Below are positions 56,645-64,000 of a DNA stretch of 64,000 nucleotides, one piece after another. The stretch is from an uncultured Gemmatimonadales bacterium. GTDB lineage: Bacteria > Gemmatimonadota > Gemmatimonadetes > Longimicrobiales > RSA9. The stretch is from NCBI GenBank assembly GCA_963798845.1, contig CAWCUS010000001.1, forward strand, positions 224,001-288,000, read 5' to 3'. The notes under the pieces were generated by a model that had not been told where the DNA came from, did not search any database, and was given only the letters and a program-made list of their open reading frames with translations. The translations under genes and the position numbers were made by a program. Numbering within the stretch: position 1 is the first letter of the stretch; the number at the start of each line of letters is the position of its first letter.

Positions 56645-57289
56645 GTGACGGAGAACCTGAATCACCCGGAGCCCGAGCGGCTCGAAGCCTACGTCGAGGA
56701 GAGTCTCGACGCGGGCGAGCGCGCGGTTCTGGACGCGCACGTGAGTGCGTGCGGCCGGTGCACCGCCGAGGTGGACGAGCTGCGCTCGCTGTTCGCGGCG
56801 CTCCAGGCGCTCCCGGAGCTGGCACCCTCCGCCGGATTCGCCAATGCGGTCATGACGAGGGTCCAGGTCCGGCACCCGGTCCTGGCCCGCGCAAGCGCCT
56901 GGGCGGAGCGCCTGACGCCTCGAACCACGCGAGCCTGGGCGGCCGCAAGCGCCGTGTTCTCGCTGCCTCTGCTCGGCGCGTCGCTCCTGGTGCTGTGGCT
57001 CATGTCCCAGCCCGGCGTGAGCGCGCAGGGGCTGTGGACGGTGAGCACCGGTCTGGTGGCGAGCGCGGCTTCCAGCGCGTGGCAGTGGACCTGGATCCGC
57101 ATCGCCGGGTCGGGACTCGCGGCCACCGCCGTCGAGCTGTTCCAGCTCGTCGCCGCCACCGGGCGCGGTGAGATCAGCCTGGCGGTCGTGATGTTCGCCA
57201 CCCTGACCGCCGGCTCCGTCTATGTCCTGTATCAGAACCTGTTCCGCAACCGTCCGCGGAGAGACCAACATGCGTCGTTCGTTTTCTGA
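56645..57289 (+). CDS. Zinc-binding (zf-HC2/ZAS) membrane anti-sigma factor
   Basis: HVSACGRC (Hx3Cx2C), APSAGFANAVM, C-terminal TMs. Confidence 0.88.
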   Translation: MTENLNHPEPERLEAYVEESLDAGERAVLDAHVSACGRCTAEVDELRSLFAALQALPELAPSAGFANAVMTRVQVRHPVLARASAWAERLTPRTTRAWAAASAVFSLPLLGASLLVLWLMSQPGVSAQGLWTVSTGLVASAASSAWQWTWIRIAGSGLAATAVELFQLVAATGRGEISLAVVMFATLTAGSVYVLYQNLFRNRPRRDQHASFVF

Positions 57290-58649
57290 ACCGTTGATTC
57301 CTGCCCTGCTGGGGGCGGCCCTGATGGCCTCGCCCGCAAGGGCACAGGCGCCGGACAGCCCCGGGCCGGTCCTGGCTTCGAGCAACATTTCGGTCTCGCG
57401 TGAATCGGCCCAGCTGCGGCTCGAGCTCGAGGGCGGACGCGAGGTGGTCCTCGAGCTCGCCCCGGATGGCGCGGTCCGGATGAACGGCGAGCGCGTCGGC
57501 AGCTACGAGCGGCACGACGCCCTCGACCAGTCATGGCGCGACCTGCTCCAGAAGGCGATGGAAGCGCCTTCGGGGACGATCCCGCAGCTGCTGGTCTCCT
57601 GGACTGCGCCAGCGGAGTCCGGAGGGGTGGGGCGCCGCCTGGACCACGAGCTCGAGAGCGCGCTCGACGCCGCCGCTCCTTCCCAGCCGGCACCCGCCGG
57701 CGCGGAAGCGGAGGCAGAGGGCGCGGCCGCAGGCGGCGCGGCGCAAGCCCCCGCCGAAGGTGCGGCGGCGGACGCACGAGCTCCCGCCGCGCCCGCGGAC
57801 GCGGAGGACAGTATCCGGCACCTGAACGAGCAGCTGCAGGAGCTCCAGCGGGTGCTGGAGAATCCGAACGCGGCGGACCGGCGGCTGGACGAGCTGCAGA
57901 ATCTGGATATCCCGGCGCTGAAGAACCTGCGTCGGGACCTGGAGGTCCAGATCCGTGAGCAGGTTCGTTCCGAGATGCGGTCGGACATGGGGCCGGACCA
58001 TGACTGGACGGAGTACTGGACCTCGCCATGGCGGCGGATCACACGTGGCATCGGCGCGATCTTCTCCACCCTGATGGTCTACGCGATCATGGTGGGCATG
58101 GGCTTCCTCACTGTCTTCTTCGGGCGCAAATACCTGGAAACGATCGCGGACACGGCGCGCACCCAGACGCTGAGGTCCGGTCTGGTCGGTCTGGCCGGAT
58201 CCTTCCTCGTCCTGCCGGCCTACGTCCTCGGGCTGCTGGTCCTCGCCGTCTCCATCGTCGGGATCCCGCTCCTCCTGGTATACGCGCCCCTGTTCCCCGT
58301 GGCCGTGGTGCTCGCCGTCATGGGCGGCTACCTGGCCGTGGCGCACGCGGCCGGTGAAGCGCTGGCGGAGCGGCGGTTCAGGGGGACCGAATGGTTCACG
58401 CGCGCCAACTCCTACTACTACATCATCACCGGCGTGGGGCTGTTGCTGGTCCTCTTCCTCGCGGCCCACATCGTCAGCATGGCGGGCCCCTGGCTCGGGT
58501 TCCTGGAAGGGCTCCTGAAGTTCATGGCGATCATGCTCACATGGGCCGCCTTCACCGTAGGCTTCGGCGCTTTCCTGATCTCCCGGGGCGGCACCCGTCC
58601 CGGAACTGGAGGCACGGCATCGCGACTCGAGGAGGAGCCCCATGTCTGA
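57270..58649 (+). CDS. Exported-domain / multi-TM membrane protein
   Basis: Signal peptide (ARA/Q), Ala-Pro linker, coiled coil, about 5-6 C-terminal TMs (SIVGIPLL, GFGAFLISRGG). Confidence 0.8.
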   Translation: MRRSFSEPLIPALLGAALMASPARAQAPDSPGPVLASSNISVSRESAQLRLELEGGREVVLELAPDGAVRMNGERVGSYERHDALDQSWRDLLQKAMEAPSGTIPQLLVSWTAPAESGGVGRRLDHELESALDAAAPSQPAPAGAEAEAEGAAAGGAAQAPAEGAAADARAPAAPADAEDSIRHLNEQLQELQRVLENPNAADRRLDELQNLDIPALKNLRRDLEVQIREQVRSEMRSDMGPDHDWTEYWTSPWRRITRGIGAIFSTLMVYAIMVGMGFLTVFFGRKYLETIADTARTQTLRSGLVGLAGSFLVLPAYVLGLLVLAVSIVGIPLLLVYAPLFPVAVVLAVMGGYLAVAHAAGEALAERRFRGTEWFTRANSYYYIITGVGLLLVLFLAAHIVSMAGPWLGFLEGLLKFMAIMLTWAAFTVGFGAFLISRGGTRPGTGGTASRLEEEPHV

Positions 58650-59517
58650 CCGGAGCCTCATGAGCGGGGTCCTGGCACTGGGCGCGGCCGTTGCCCTGAT
58701 GGGCGCCCCGGCATCGCTCCGCGCCCAGGATTGGCGGACCGTGTCCTCGGTCCGTGCGCGCGGGAGCGAGTCGGCCCTGGCCGTGAAGGTGCAGTACGGC
58801 GCCGGGAAGCTCGGCATCCAACCGACCGGCGGCGGCGAGCTGTACCGCGTGGATATCCGCTACGACTCGGAGCTGTTCGATCCTGTCACCGACTACAAGG
58901 CAGGGAACCTCGAAGTGGGGGTGGAGGGCACCGGTCACGGTGTGAGGCTGAAGAACCACAGGGGTGGAGAGATGAAGCTCGGCCTCTCGCCGGACATCCC
59001 GCTGGACCTGAACCTCGATTTCGGGGCGGTGGAGGCGAACCTGGACCTGGGTGGGCTGCGCGTCCAGGCCGTGGACATCGAGACGGGGGCGAGCGATACG
59101 GAGCTCGTCTTCTCGAGGCCGAACCCGATCGACTGCACCACGCTGTCCATCTCCGTGGGCGCGGCGGCGTTCAGCGCCGTGGGGCTGGCCAACTCGCGCT
59201 GTCAGAACCTGGATGTCGAGGGTGGCGTCGGTGACGTCAAGCTCGACTTCACGGGCGACTGGGATCGCGACATGGCCGCCGACGTGACGCTCGCCCTCGG
59301 CTCCATGACGCTCGTGGTTCCCGAGGACATAGGAGTCCAGGTCGAGAAGGACACGTTCCTCACCGGCTTCGACAGCAACGGGTTCACCAAGCTGAACGGA
59401 ATGTACCGGTCGCAGAACTGGGAAGTCGCGCGTCGACACCTGGTGGTCAAGCTGGAAGGGGCTTTCGGTTCGGTGGACGTTCGCTGGGCCGGCGCCACGC
59501 TCGGAAGCACGCCCTGA
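58642..59517 (+). CDS. Secreted beta-strand-repeat protein (toast-rack / DUF2154 / DUF4097-like)
   Basis: Signal peptide; repeated strand-Gly motifs (YGAGKL, FGAVEA, TGASDT, GGVGDV, LGSMTL, FGSVDV). Confidence 0.75.
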   Translation: MSDRSLMSGVLALGAAVALMGAPASLRAQDWRTVSSVRARGSESALAVKVQYGAGKLGIQPTGGGELYRVDIRYDSELFDPVTDYKAGNLEVGVEGTGHGVRLKNHRGGEMKLGLSPDIPLDLNLDFGAVEANLDLGGLRVQAVDIETGASDTELVFSRPNPIDCTTLSISVGAAAFSAVGLANSRCQNLDVEGGVGDVKLDFTGDWDRDMAADVTLALGSMTLVVPEDIGVQVEKDTFLTGFDSNGFTKLNGMYRSQNWEVARRHLVVKLEGAFGSVDVRWAGATLGSTP

Positions 59518-59553
59518 CGGCGGAGCCGGATCGAAGAAAGAGAAGGAGGAAGC

Positions 59554-59781
59554 ATGCTGTCGACCGTGTTGTCGTTCCTGATCGTGGGGATCATCGCCAT
59601 CGTCGTGATCGGGGTCGTGCTGGCCGTTGTGGGCGCGGTTCTCGGTCTGGCCTTCACGCTGGTGGGATTCCTGCTCTTCAAGGTGGCCCCGCTGCTCCTG
59701 GTGGGCTACGTGGTCTTCCGCCTGTTCTCGCGGCGCAAGCCGCGGCTGTCGAAAGCGGACCGGGAGTGGCTGGAGAGCTGA
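59554..59781 (+). CDS. Small membrane protein
   Basis: SD AAGGAGG; long hydrophobic stretch; tail LSKADREWLES. Confidence 0.8.
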   Translation: MLSTVLSFLIVGIIAIVVIGVVLAVVGAVLGLAFTLVGFLLFKVAPLLLVGYVVFRLFSRRKPRLSKADREWLES

Positions 59782-59787
59782 TCGTCT

Positions 59788-60567
59788 TCAGTCGTCGCCC
59801 GGAAAGACGGTGACCCGCGCGCCGCGGCCGGCCTCGAGCTGGTCCGCGGCGCTGCCGTTCCGGACCGAGATCTCCAGCAGATCGATCGACCCGACCAGTG
59901 CCACCAGCTCACCGTGCGCCACATCGCCGTAGGTCTTCCGCACCGGACCCGCGTCGCGGCCTTCCACGCGCACCCGCGCGCCGGCTCGCAGCCAGCCGGC
60001 AGGGATGTCGGTGACCAGGTTGCCGAACCGGTCGGCGTGGATCACCTCGCCCGTCACTCGATCGCCGTCGCGTCGGGGCTCGGGCACGGCGAGGAGGACG
60101 GGGTCGTGGACGGGCGGACCCAGCGTCTCGAGACGCTCGCCACGCGCCAGCCGCGCCGCTGCGGGGGCGAAGACGTCGCGGCCGTGGAAGGTCGTCGAGA
60201 TCTCGCCGGCGGGTCCGCGTCCGGGCGTGGGCAGCTCCACCAGCAGGGCCCGAACGGCGCCGCGCAGCATGAAAGTGAGCGCGCCATTGTCGGGTGCGAC
60301 GTAGCGTCGGCCGTCCACGCTGGCGGCGACAGCCCGTCGCTCGGATCCCACGCCGGGGTCCACCACGATGACGTGGATCGTGCCCTCGGGGTACAGGCGC
60401 GCGTAGCGAGAAAGGGCCAGGGCGGCGCCAAAGATGTCGCCCTGGGCAAGATCGTGCGAGGCCGTCTCGACCACGACGTCCGGCGCCGCCGCGACGATCA
60501 CGCCGGCCACGGCCGCGGCGTACCCGTCGCGGGTGCCGAAGTCGGTGAGGAGCGTGACACGGGTCAT
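59788..60567 (-). CDS. DUF62 SAM hydroxide adenosyltransferase (SAM hydrolase)
   Basis: LTDFG, VVDPGVGSER, APDNG, TFHGRD, DRFGN. Confidence 0.9.
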   Translation of the reverse strand: MTRVTLLTDFGTRDGYAAAVAGVIVAAAPDVVVETASHDLAQGDIFGAALALSRYARLYPEGTIHVIVVDPGVGSERRAVAASVDGRRYVAPDNGALTFMLRGAVRALLVELPTPGRGPAGEISTTFHGRDVFAPAAARLARGERLETLGPPVHDPVLLAVPEPRRDGDRVTGEVIHADRFGNLVTDIPAGWLRAGARVRVEGRDAGPVRKTYGDVAHGELVALVGSIDLLEISVRNGSAADQLEAGRGARVTVFPGDD

Positions 60568-60581
60568 GCGTCGCGGCCGAG

Positions 60582-61691
60582 TCAGACGCCGATCCCCTGC
60601 TCCACCGATTCGAGAACCCGCGCCGCGATGGCGTAGAAGGCCTGCCCGGCCGGCGAGTCGGGTGCTGAGATGGCCGTGGGCTGCCCGGCGTCGCCTGCGC
60701 TCCGGACGGCGATGTCCAGCGGGACCTCTCCGAGGAACGGGACATCCAGCTCCTTGGCCAGGGCGCGGCCGCCGCCAGTCCCGAAGATGTCGTGGCGCTC
60801 ACCACAGCTCGGGCAGACGAAGCCGCTCATGTTCTCCACCATCCCGAGGATGTCGGTGTTGACGCGCTCGAACATGCGGACCGCCCGGCGGACATCGGCG
60901 GTGGACACGTCCTGCGGGGTGGTGACCATGACGGCACCGTCGAGCTCGATGGTCTGGGCGAGCGAGAGCTGGGCGTCGCCGGTGCCGGGCGGGAGATCCA
61001 CGACCATGAGGTCGAGCTCGCCCCAGTCCACCTGCTCCAGGAACTGCTTCAGGATCCCGGAAATCAGCGGCCCGCGCATGATGGCGGGCTGATCCGCCTC
61101 CAGGAGGAACCCCAGGCTCATCAGCTTCACGCCGTGCGCCTCCAGCGGGACGATCCGCTCCGAACCACGCTCGCCCGTGACGCGGGGACGGCGCGTCTCG
61201 CCGAACATCTGCGGGATGTTGGGGCCGTAGATGTCCGCGTCCAGCAGTCCGACCCTCTTCCCCTGCGCCGCGAACGCGACGGCCAGGTTGGCGGCCACCG
61301 TGGACTTCCCCACGCCGCCTTTTCCGGAGCTGACGGCGACGAAGTGACCGACGCCGGGGATGAGCCCCGCCTGGGGCGTGGGGGCAGGAACCGAGTGCGG
61401 CGCCTTCTGCCGCCGGGGTGCGTGCCTGGACTGCTGCGCCTGCGCCTGCATGGTCTGGGGGAGCCGCACGTCGATCTTCACGCGCTCGACTCCCTCCACC
61501 GCTTCCACGGCCGCGCGTGTATCGCGGACGAGCGTGCCCGGGTCGCCGGGACCGAGGGCGAAGCCGAAGGCGACGACGCCGTCCTCGATCGAAAGCTCCT
61601 CCACCTGCGACTCGAGCACGGGCGCGCCCGTCCCGGGATTGGTTACCTGACTGAGAGCCGCCCGGACCCTCGCTTCCAGTTCACCTGCCAT
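60582..61691 (-). CDS. mrp: Mrp/NBP35 (ApbC) Fe-S cluster carrier ATPase
   Basis: SGKGGVGKST, DADIYGP, DLPPGTGD, ENMS..CPSC. Confidence 0.95.
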   Translation of the reverse strand: MAGELEARVRAALSQVTNPGTGAPVLESQVEELSIEDGVVAFGFALGPGDPGTLVRDTRAAVEAVEGVERVKIDVRLPQTMQAQAQQSRHAPRRQKAPHSVPAPTPQAGLIPGVGHFVAVSSGKGGVGKSTVAANLAVAFAAQGKRVGLLDADIYGPNIPQMFGETRRPRVTGERGSERIVPLEAHGVKLMSLGFLLEADQPAIMRGPLISGILKQFLEQVDWGELDLMVVDLPPGTGDAQLSLAQTIELDGAVMVTTPQDVSTADVRRAVRMFERVNTDILGMVENMSGFVCPSCGERHDIFGTGGGRALAKELDVPFLGEVPLDIAVRSAGDAGQPTAISAPDSPAGQAFYAIAARVLESVEQGIGV

Positions 61692-61781
61692 GGTGATGCC
61701 TCACGATCTCATGAACGAGCGGCCGGCGCCCCGGTTGGGGGGGCCGGCCGTGGATGGTTGCTCTCTGTCCGGCAACGGCGC

Positions 61782-62012
61782 TCAGAATGCCTGGACCTCG
61801 CGCACCGCCGGCACGGCGGTGAGGATGCGCCGCTCGATGCCCTGGCGCAGCGTGATATCCGAGATCGGACACTCCCCGCATGCGCCCAGGAAGCGGAGCC
61901 GGAGCACGCCCGCGCCGGGGTCGAAGGCGACGAACTCCACGTCGCCCCCGTCGGACCACAAGGCGGGGCGGATGCCCTCCAGCACCTCGAGAATCTGGTC
62001 CTGCACCTTCAT
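61782..62012 (-). CDS. NifU C-terminal-domain (Nfu) protein
   Basis: IRPAL..DGGDVE, GACGECP, TL..GIE. Confidence 0.9.
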   Translation of the reverse strand: MKVQDQILEVLEGIRPALWSDGGDVEFVAFDPGAGVLRLRFLGACGECPISDITLRQGIERRILTAVPAVREVQAF

Positions 62013-62086
62013 CGCCGCTCCTCGTGCACCCCGGGCGGCCGTTCGCCGCCACGGGGGATGCTACCCGCCAGGGCGCTGGAGTTTCC

Positions 62087-63703
62087 TCACCCGGCGGGTG
62101 GGGTGCGCGCGGGAACGTCCTCGCGGTTCCGCTCGGCGATGGACTTGGCCTGCGTGAACAGCAGCAGGTAGTCCGGCCCGCCCGCCTTCGAGTCGGTCCC
62201 GCTCATGTTGAACCCGCCGAACGGCTGCACGCCCACGAGCGCGCCCGTGATCTTGCGGTTGAGGTACAGGTTGCCCACGTGGAATTCGTCCCGCGCGCGC
62301 TCCAGCCGCTCGCGCGAGCAGGAGAACACGCCGCCCGTGAGGCCGTACTCCGTGCCGTTCGCGATCTCGAGGGCGTGGTCGAAGTCCCGGGCCCTGATGA
62401 AGGCCAGGACCGGGCCGAAGATCTCCTCCTGCGCGATGCGCGCGTTCGCATCCACGTCGGCGATGATCGTGGGCGGAATGAAGTAGCCATCCGCGTCCTC
62501 TTCGACGTCGCCGCCCAGCACGAGCCGCCCTTCCTGCTTCCCGACTTCGATGTACTCGCGGATGCTCCGGAACGCGTTCCCGTCGATCACCGCGCCCACG
62601 AACGTCCCCTTCTGCGACGGGTCGCCCACGCGGATCTCCTTGGCTCGCTGCACGACCTTCTCCACCACTTCGTCGTAGACCTCGTCCACGACGATGGCGC
62701 GGGAGCAGGCCGAGCACTTCTGGCCCTGGAAGCCGAATGCGCCCGCGACGATGGCGTCCGCGGCCGCGTCCAGATCGGCGGTTTCGTCCACCACCTGGGC
62801 GTCCTTGCCGCCCATCTCCAGGATCGTCCGCTTCAGCCACTTCTGGCCGGGGTTCAGCTTCGACGCACGATCGAAGATGCGCAGGCCGACCTCCTTGGAC
62901 CCGGTGAACGCGATGAGCCGCGTGAGCGGGTGGTCGACCAGGGAGTCCCCGATCTCGCTCCCGGGCCCCGGCAGGAAGCTCAGCGCCTTCTTCGGCAGCC
63001 CCGCTTCGTGGAGGATCTCCACGTACTTGTACGCGATGGCCGGCGCAGCGGAAGCCGGCTTCAGCACCGCCGTGTTGCCCGTCACCAGCGCCGCGGCCGT
63101 CATGCCCCCCATGATGGCCGCCGGGAAGTTCCACGGCGGGATGACGAGGGCGACACCGAGCGGGATATAGCGGAGCTCGTTCTCTTCGCCCGGGTACTCC
63201 ACCACCTCCTGCGGACCGCCCAGCTTCATGGTCCAGCGGGCGTAGTAATCGCAGAAATCGATGAGCTCGGCGATATCGGCCACGGCCTCCGTCCAGCTCT
63301 TCGAGACCTCGAACACCATCCAGGCCGCCAGATAGGCCTTCCGCTCCCGCATGAGGTCGGCTGCCTTGAAGAAGATCTCGGCGCGGTCCTGGTACGGCGT
63401 CTTCTTCCACTCGCTCTCGAAGAACGCGTGCGCGCTCTCGATCGCACGATCGCCGAGCGCTCGCGTGGCCTGGACGAAACGCCCGACCACCATCGACGGG
63501 TCGCCCGGGTTGGTCGACTCCTTGATATCCCCCTCGAGGATCTCTTCACCGTCGACGATCAACGGGTAAGTGCGGCCCAGCTCGGAGCGCACCTTCTCCA
63601 GCGCCTCCTCCATCAGCCGGACGTTGTCCGGGTCGCTCCAGTCGTAGTACGGCTCGTTCCTGAACCCTTCGATCCCGACGGGAAGTCCGGTAGCGGTCGC
63701 CAT
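62087..63703 (-). CDS. pruA: L-glutamate gamma-semialdehyde (P5C) dehydrogenase
   Basis: FRNEP, PWNFP, FTGS, EMGGK, FQGQKCSACS, EEIFGP, SGTDSKAGGPDYL. Confidence 0.93.
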   Translation of the reverse strand: MATATGLPVGIEGFRNEPYYDWSDPDNVRLMEEALEKVRSELGRTYPLIVDGEEILEGDIKESTNPGDPSMVVGRFVQATRALGDRAIESAHAFFESEWKKTPYQDRAEIFFKAADLMRERKAYLAAWMVFEVSKSWTEAVADIAELIDFCDYYARWTMKLGGPQEVVEYPGEENELRYIPLGVALVIPPWNFPAAIMGGMTAAALVTGNTAVLKPASAAPAIAYKYVEILHEAGLPKKALSFLPGPGSEIGDSLVDHPLTRLIAFTGSKEVGLRIFDRASKLNPGQKWLKRTILEMGGKDAQVVDETADLDAAADAIVAGAFGFQGQKCSACSRAIVVDEVYDEVVEKVVQRAKEIRVGDPSQKGTFVGAVIDGNAFRSIREYIEVGKQEGRLVLGGDVEEDADGYFIPPTIIADVDANARIAQEEIFGPVLAFIRARDFDHALEIANGTEYGLTGGVFSCSRERLERARDEFHVGNLYLNRKITGALVGVQPFGGFNMSGTDSKAGGPDYLLLFTQAKSIAERNREDVPARTPPAG

Positions 63704-63850
63704 GATGACTGCCTTCTCCATGGTTGCTGTTCCTGTCGTCGCCGGCGCTGGCCTCGCCTGACCGGGCCAACCTACCCGGATCATAGCGGGGGCGTCAACG
63801 TGCGGGGAGCGGGGGTTCCGGCGAGTACCAGGGAGGCGGAGAACGGTGGC

Positions 63851-64000
63851 TCAACCGGCGGCGTCGCGCTCCGCGCCGCGCAGCCCATCGGCCTCCAGGT
63901 CCACGGGGCGCTCGGTCGGCGGGACGCCGAGAGAGACCGGACGCGCAGGCTCCAGACCGCGATCCGCGAGGATCTTCTTCACGGCGAGAGGGCCATGGTG
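63851..64000 (-). CDS. C-terminal end of an upstream gene (partial, unassigned)
   Basis: Open frame HHGPLAVKKILADRGLEP...AAG* entering from the window edge. Confidence 0.45.
   Translation of the reverse strand, partial: HHGPLAVKKILADRGLEPARPVSLGVPPTERPVDLEADGLRGAERDAAG

Noticed and set aside
59788..60567. SAM-dependent fluorinase/chlorinase
   Set aside because: It has the Asp-Arg-His pattern (DPGVGSER, TFHGRD) of DUF62 hydrolases and no biosynthetic-cluster context.

Overview
A very GC-rich (roughly 70% by eye) bacterial chromosomal window made up mostly of housekeeping genes. Gene content and style (ADOP permease, LytTR/LytS pair, peptidase-MA/BamA-type remnant) suggest Gemmatimonadota; this is an inference. 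Minus-strand blocks: smc / SPOR protein / rsfS / rplI-DUF2232-rpsR-rpsF / ychF / hppA-pth-rplY-prs; tRNA-Gln(UUG) flanked by two small accessory gene sets; a long alaS...rarA-hflX-pdxJ-ispE operon; recA, ltaE, sodA; glmM-glmS-dtd-maf-glpK; nifU-mrp-DUF62; P5C dehydrogenase. Plus-strand genes: cystathionine lyase/synthase, M48 peptidase, purD, mutM, a Cho/UvrC-like nuclease, and an ECF sigma / ZAS anti-sigma operon. I found no CRISPR array, integrase or transposase. The most interesting signals are regulatory and architectural. (1) An identical 16-bp motif CCGAACAAATGCCGAA (GAAC-N7-GAAC/G) lies upstream of both recA and the Cho-like nuclease and is a candidate SOS box for this lineage. (2) A GAAAC-N17-CGTA ECF promoter occurs three times: before the sigma, overlapping its stop codon before the anti-sigma, and before the M48 peptidase. 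(3) Three sigma54-type promoters precede sodA, a GT4/glucosidase pair and a hypothetical gene. (4) A pseudo-ATPase-TM-SPOR protein is translationally coupled to smc. (5) An internally deleted outer-membrane protein gene retains only its two ends, and a LEA_2 lipoprotein gene is frameshifted.
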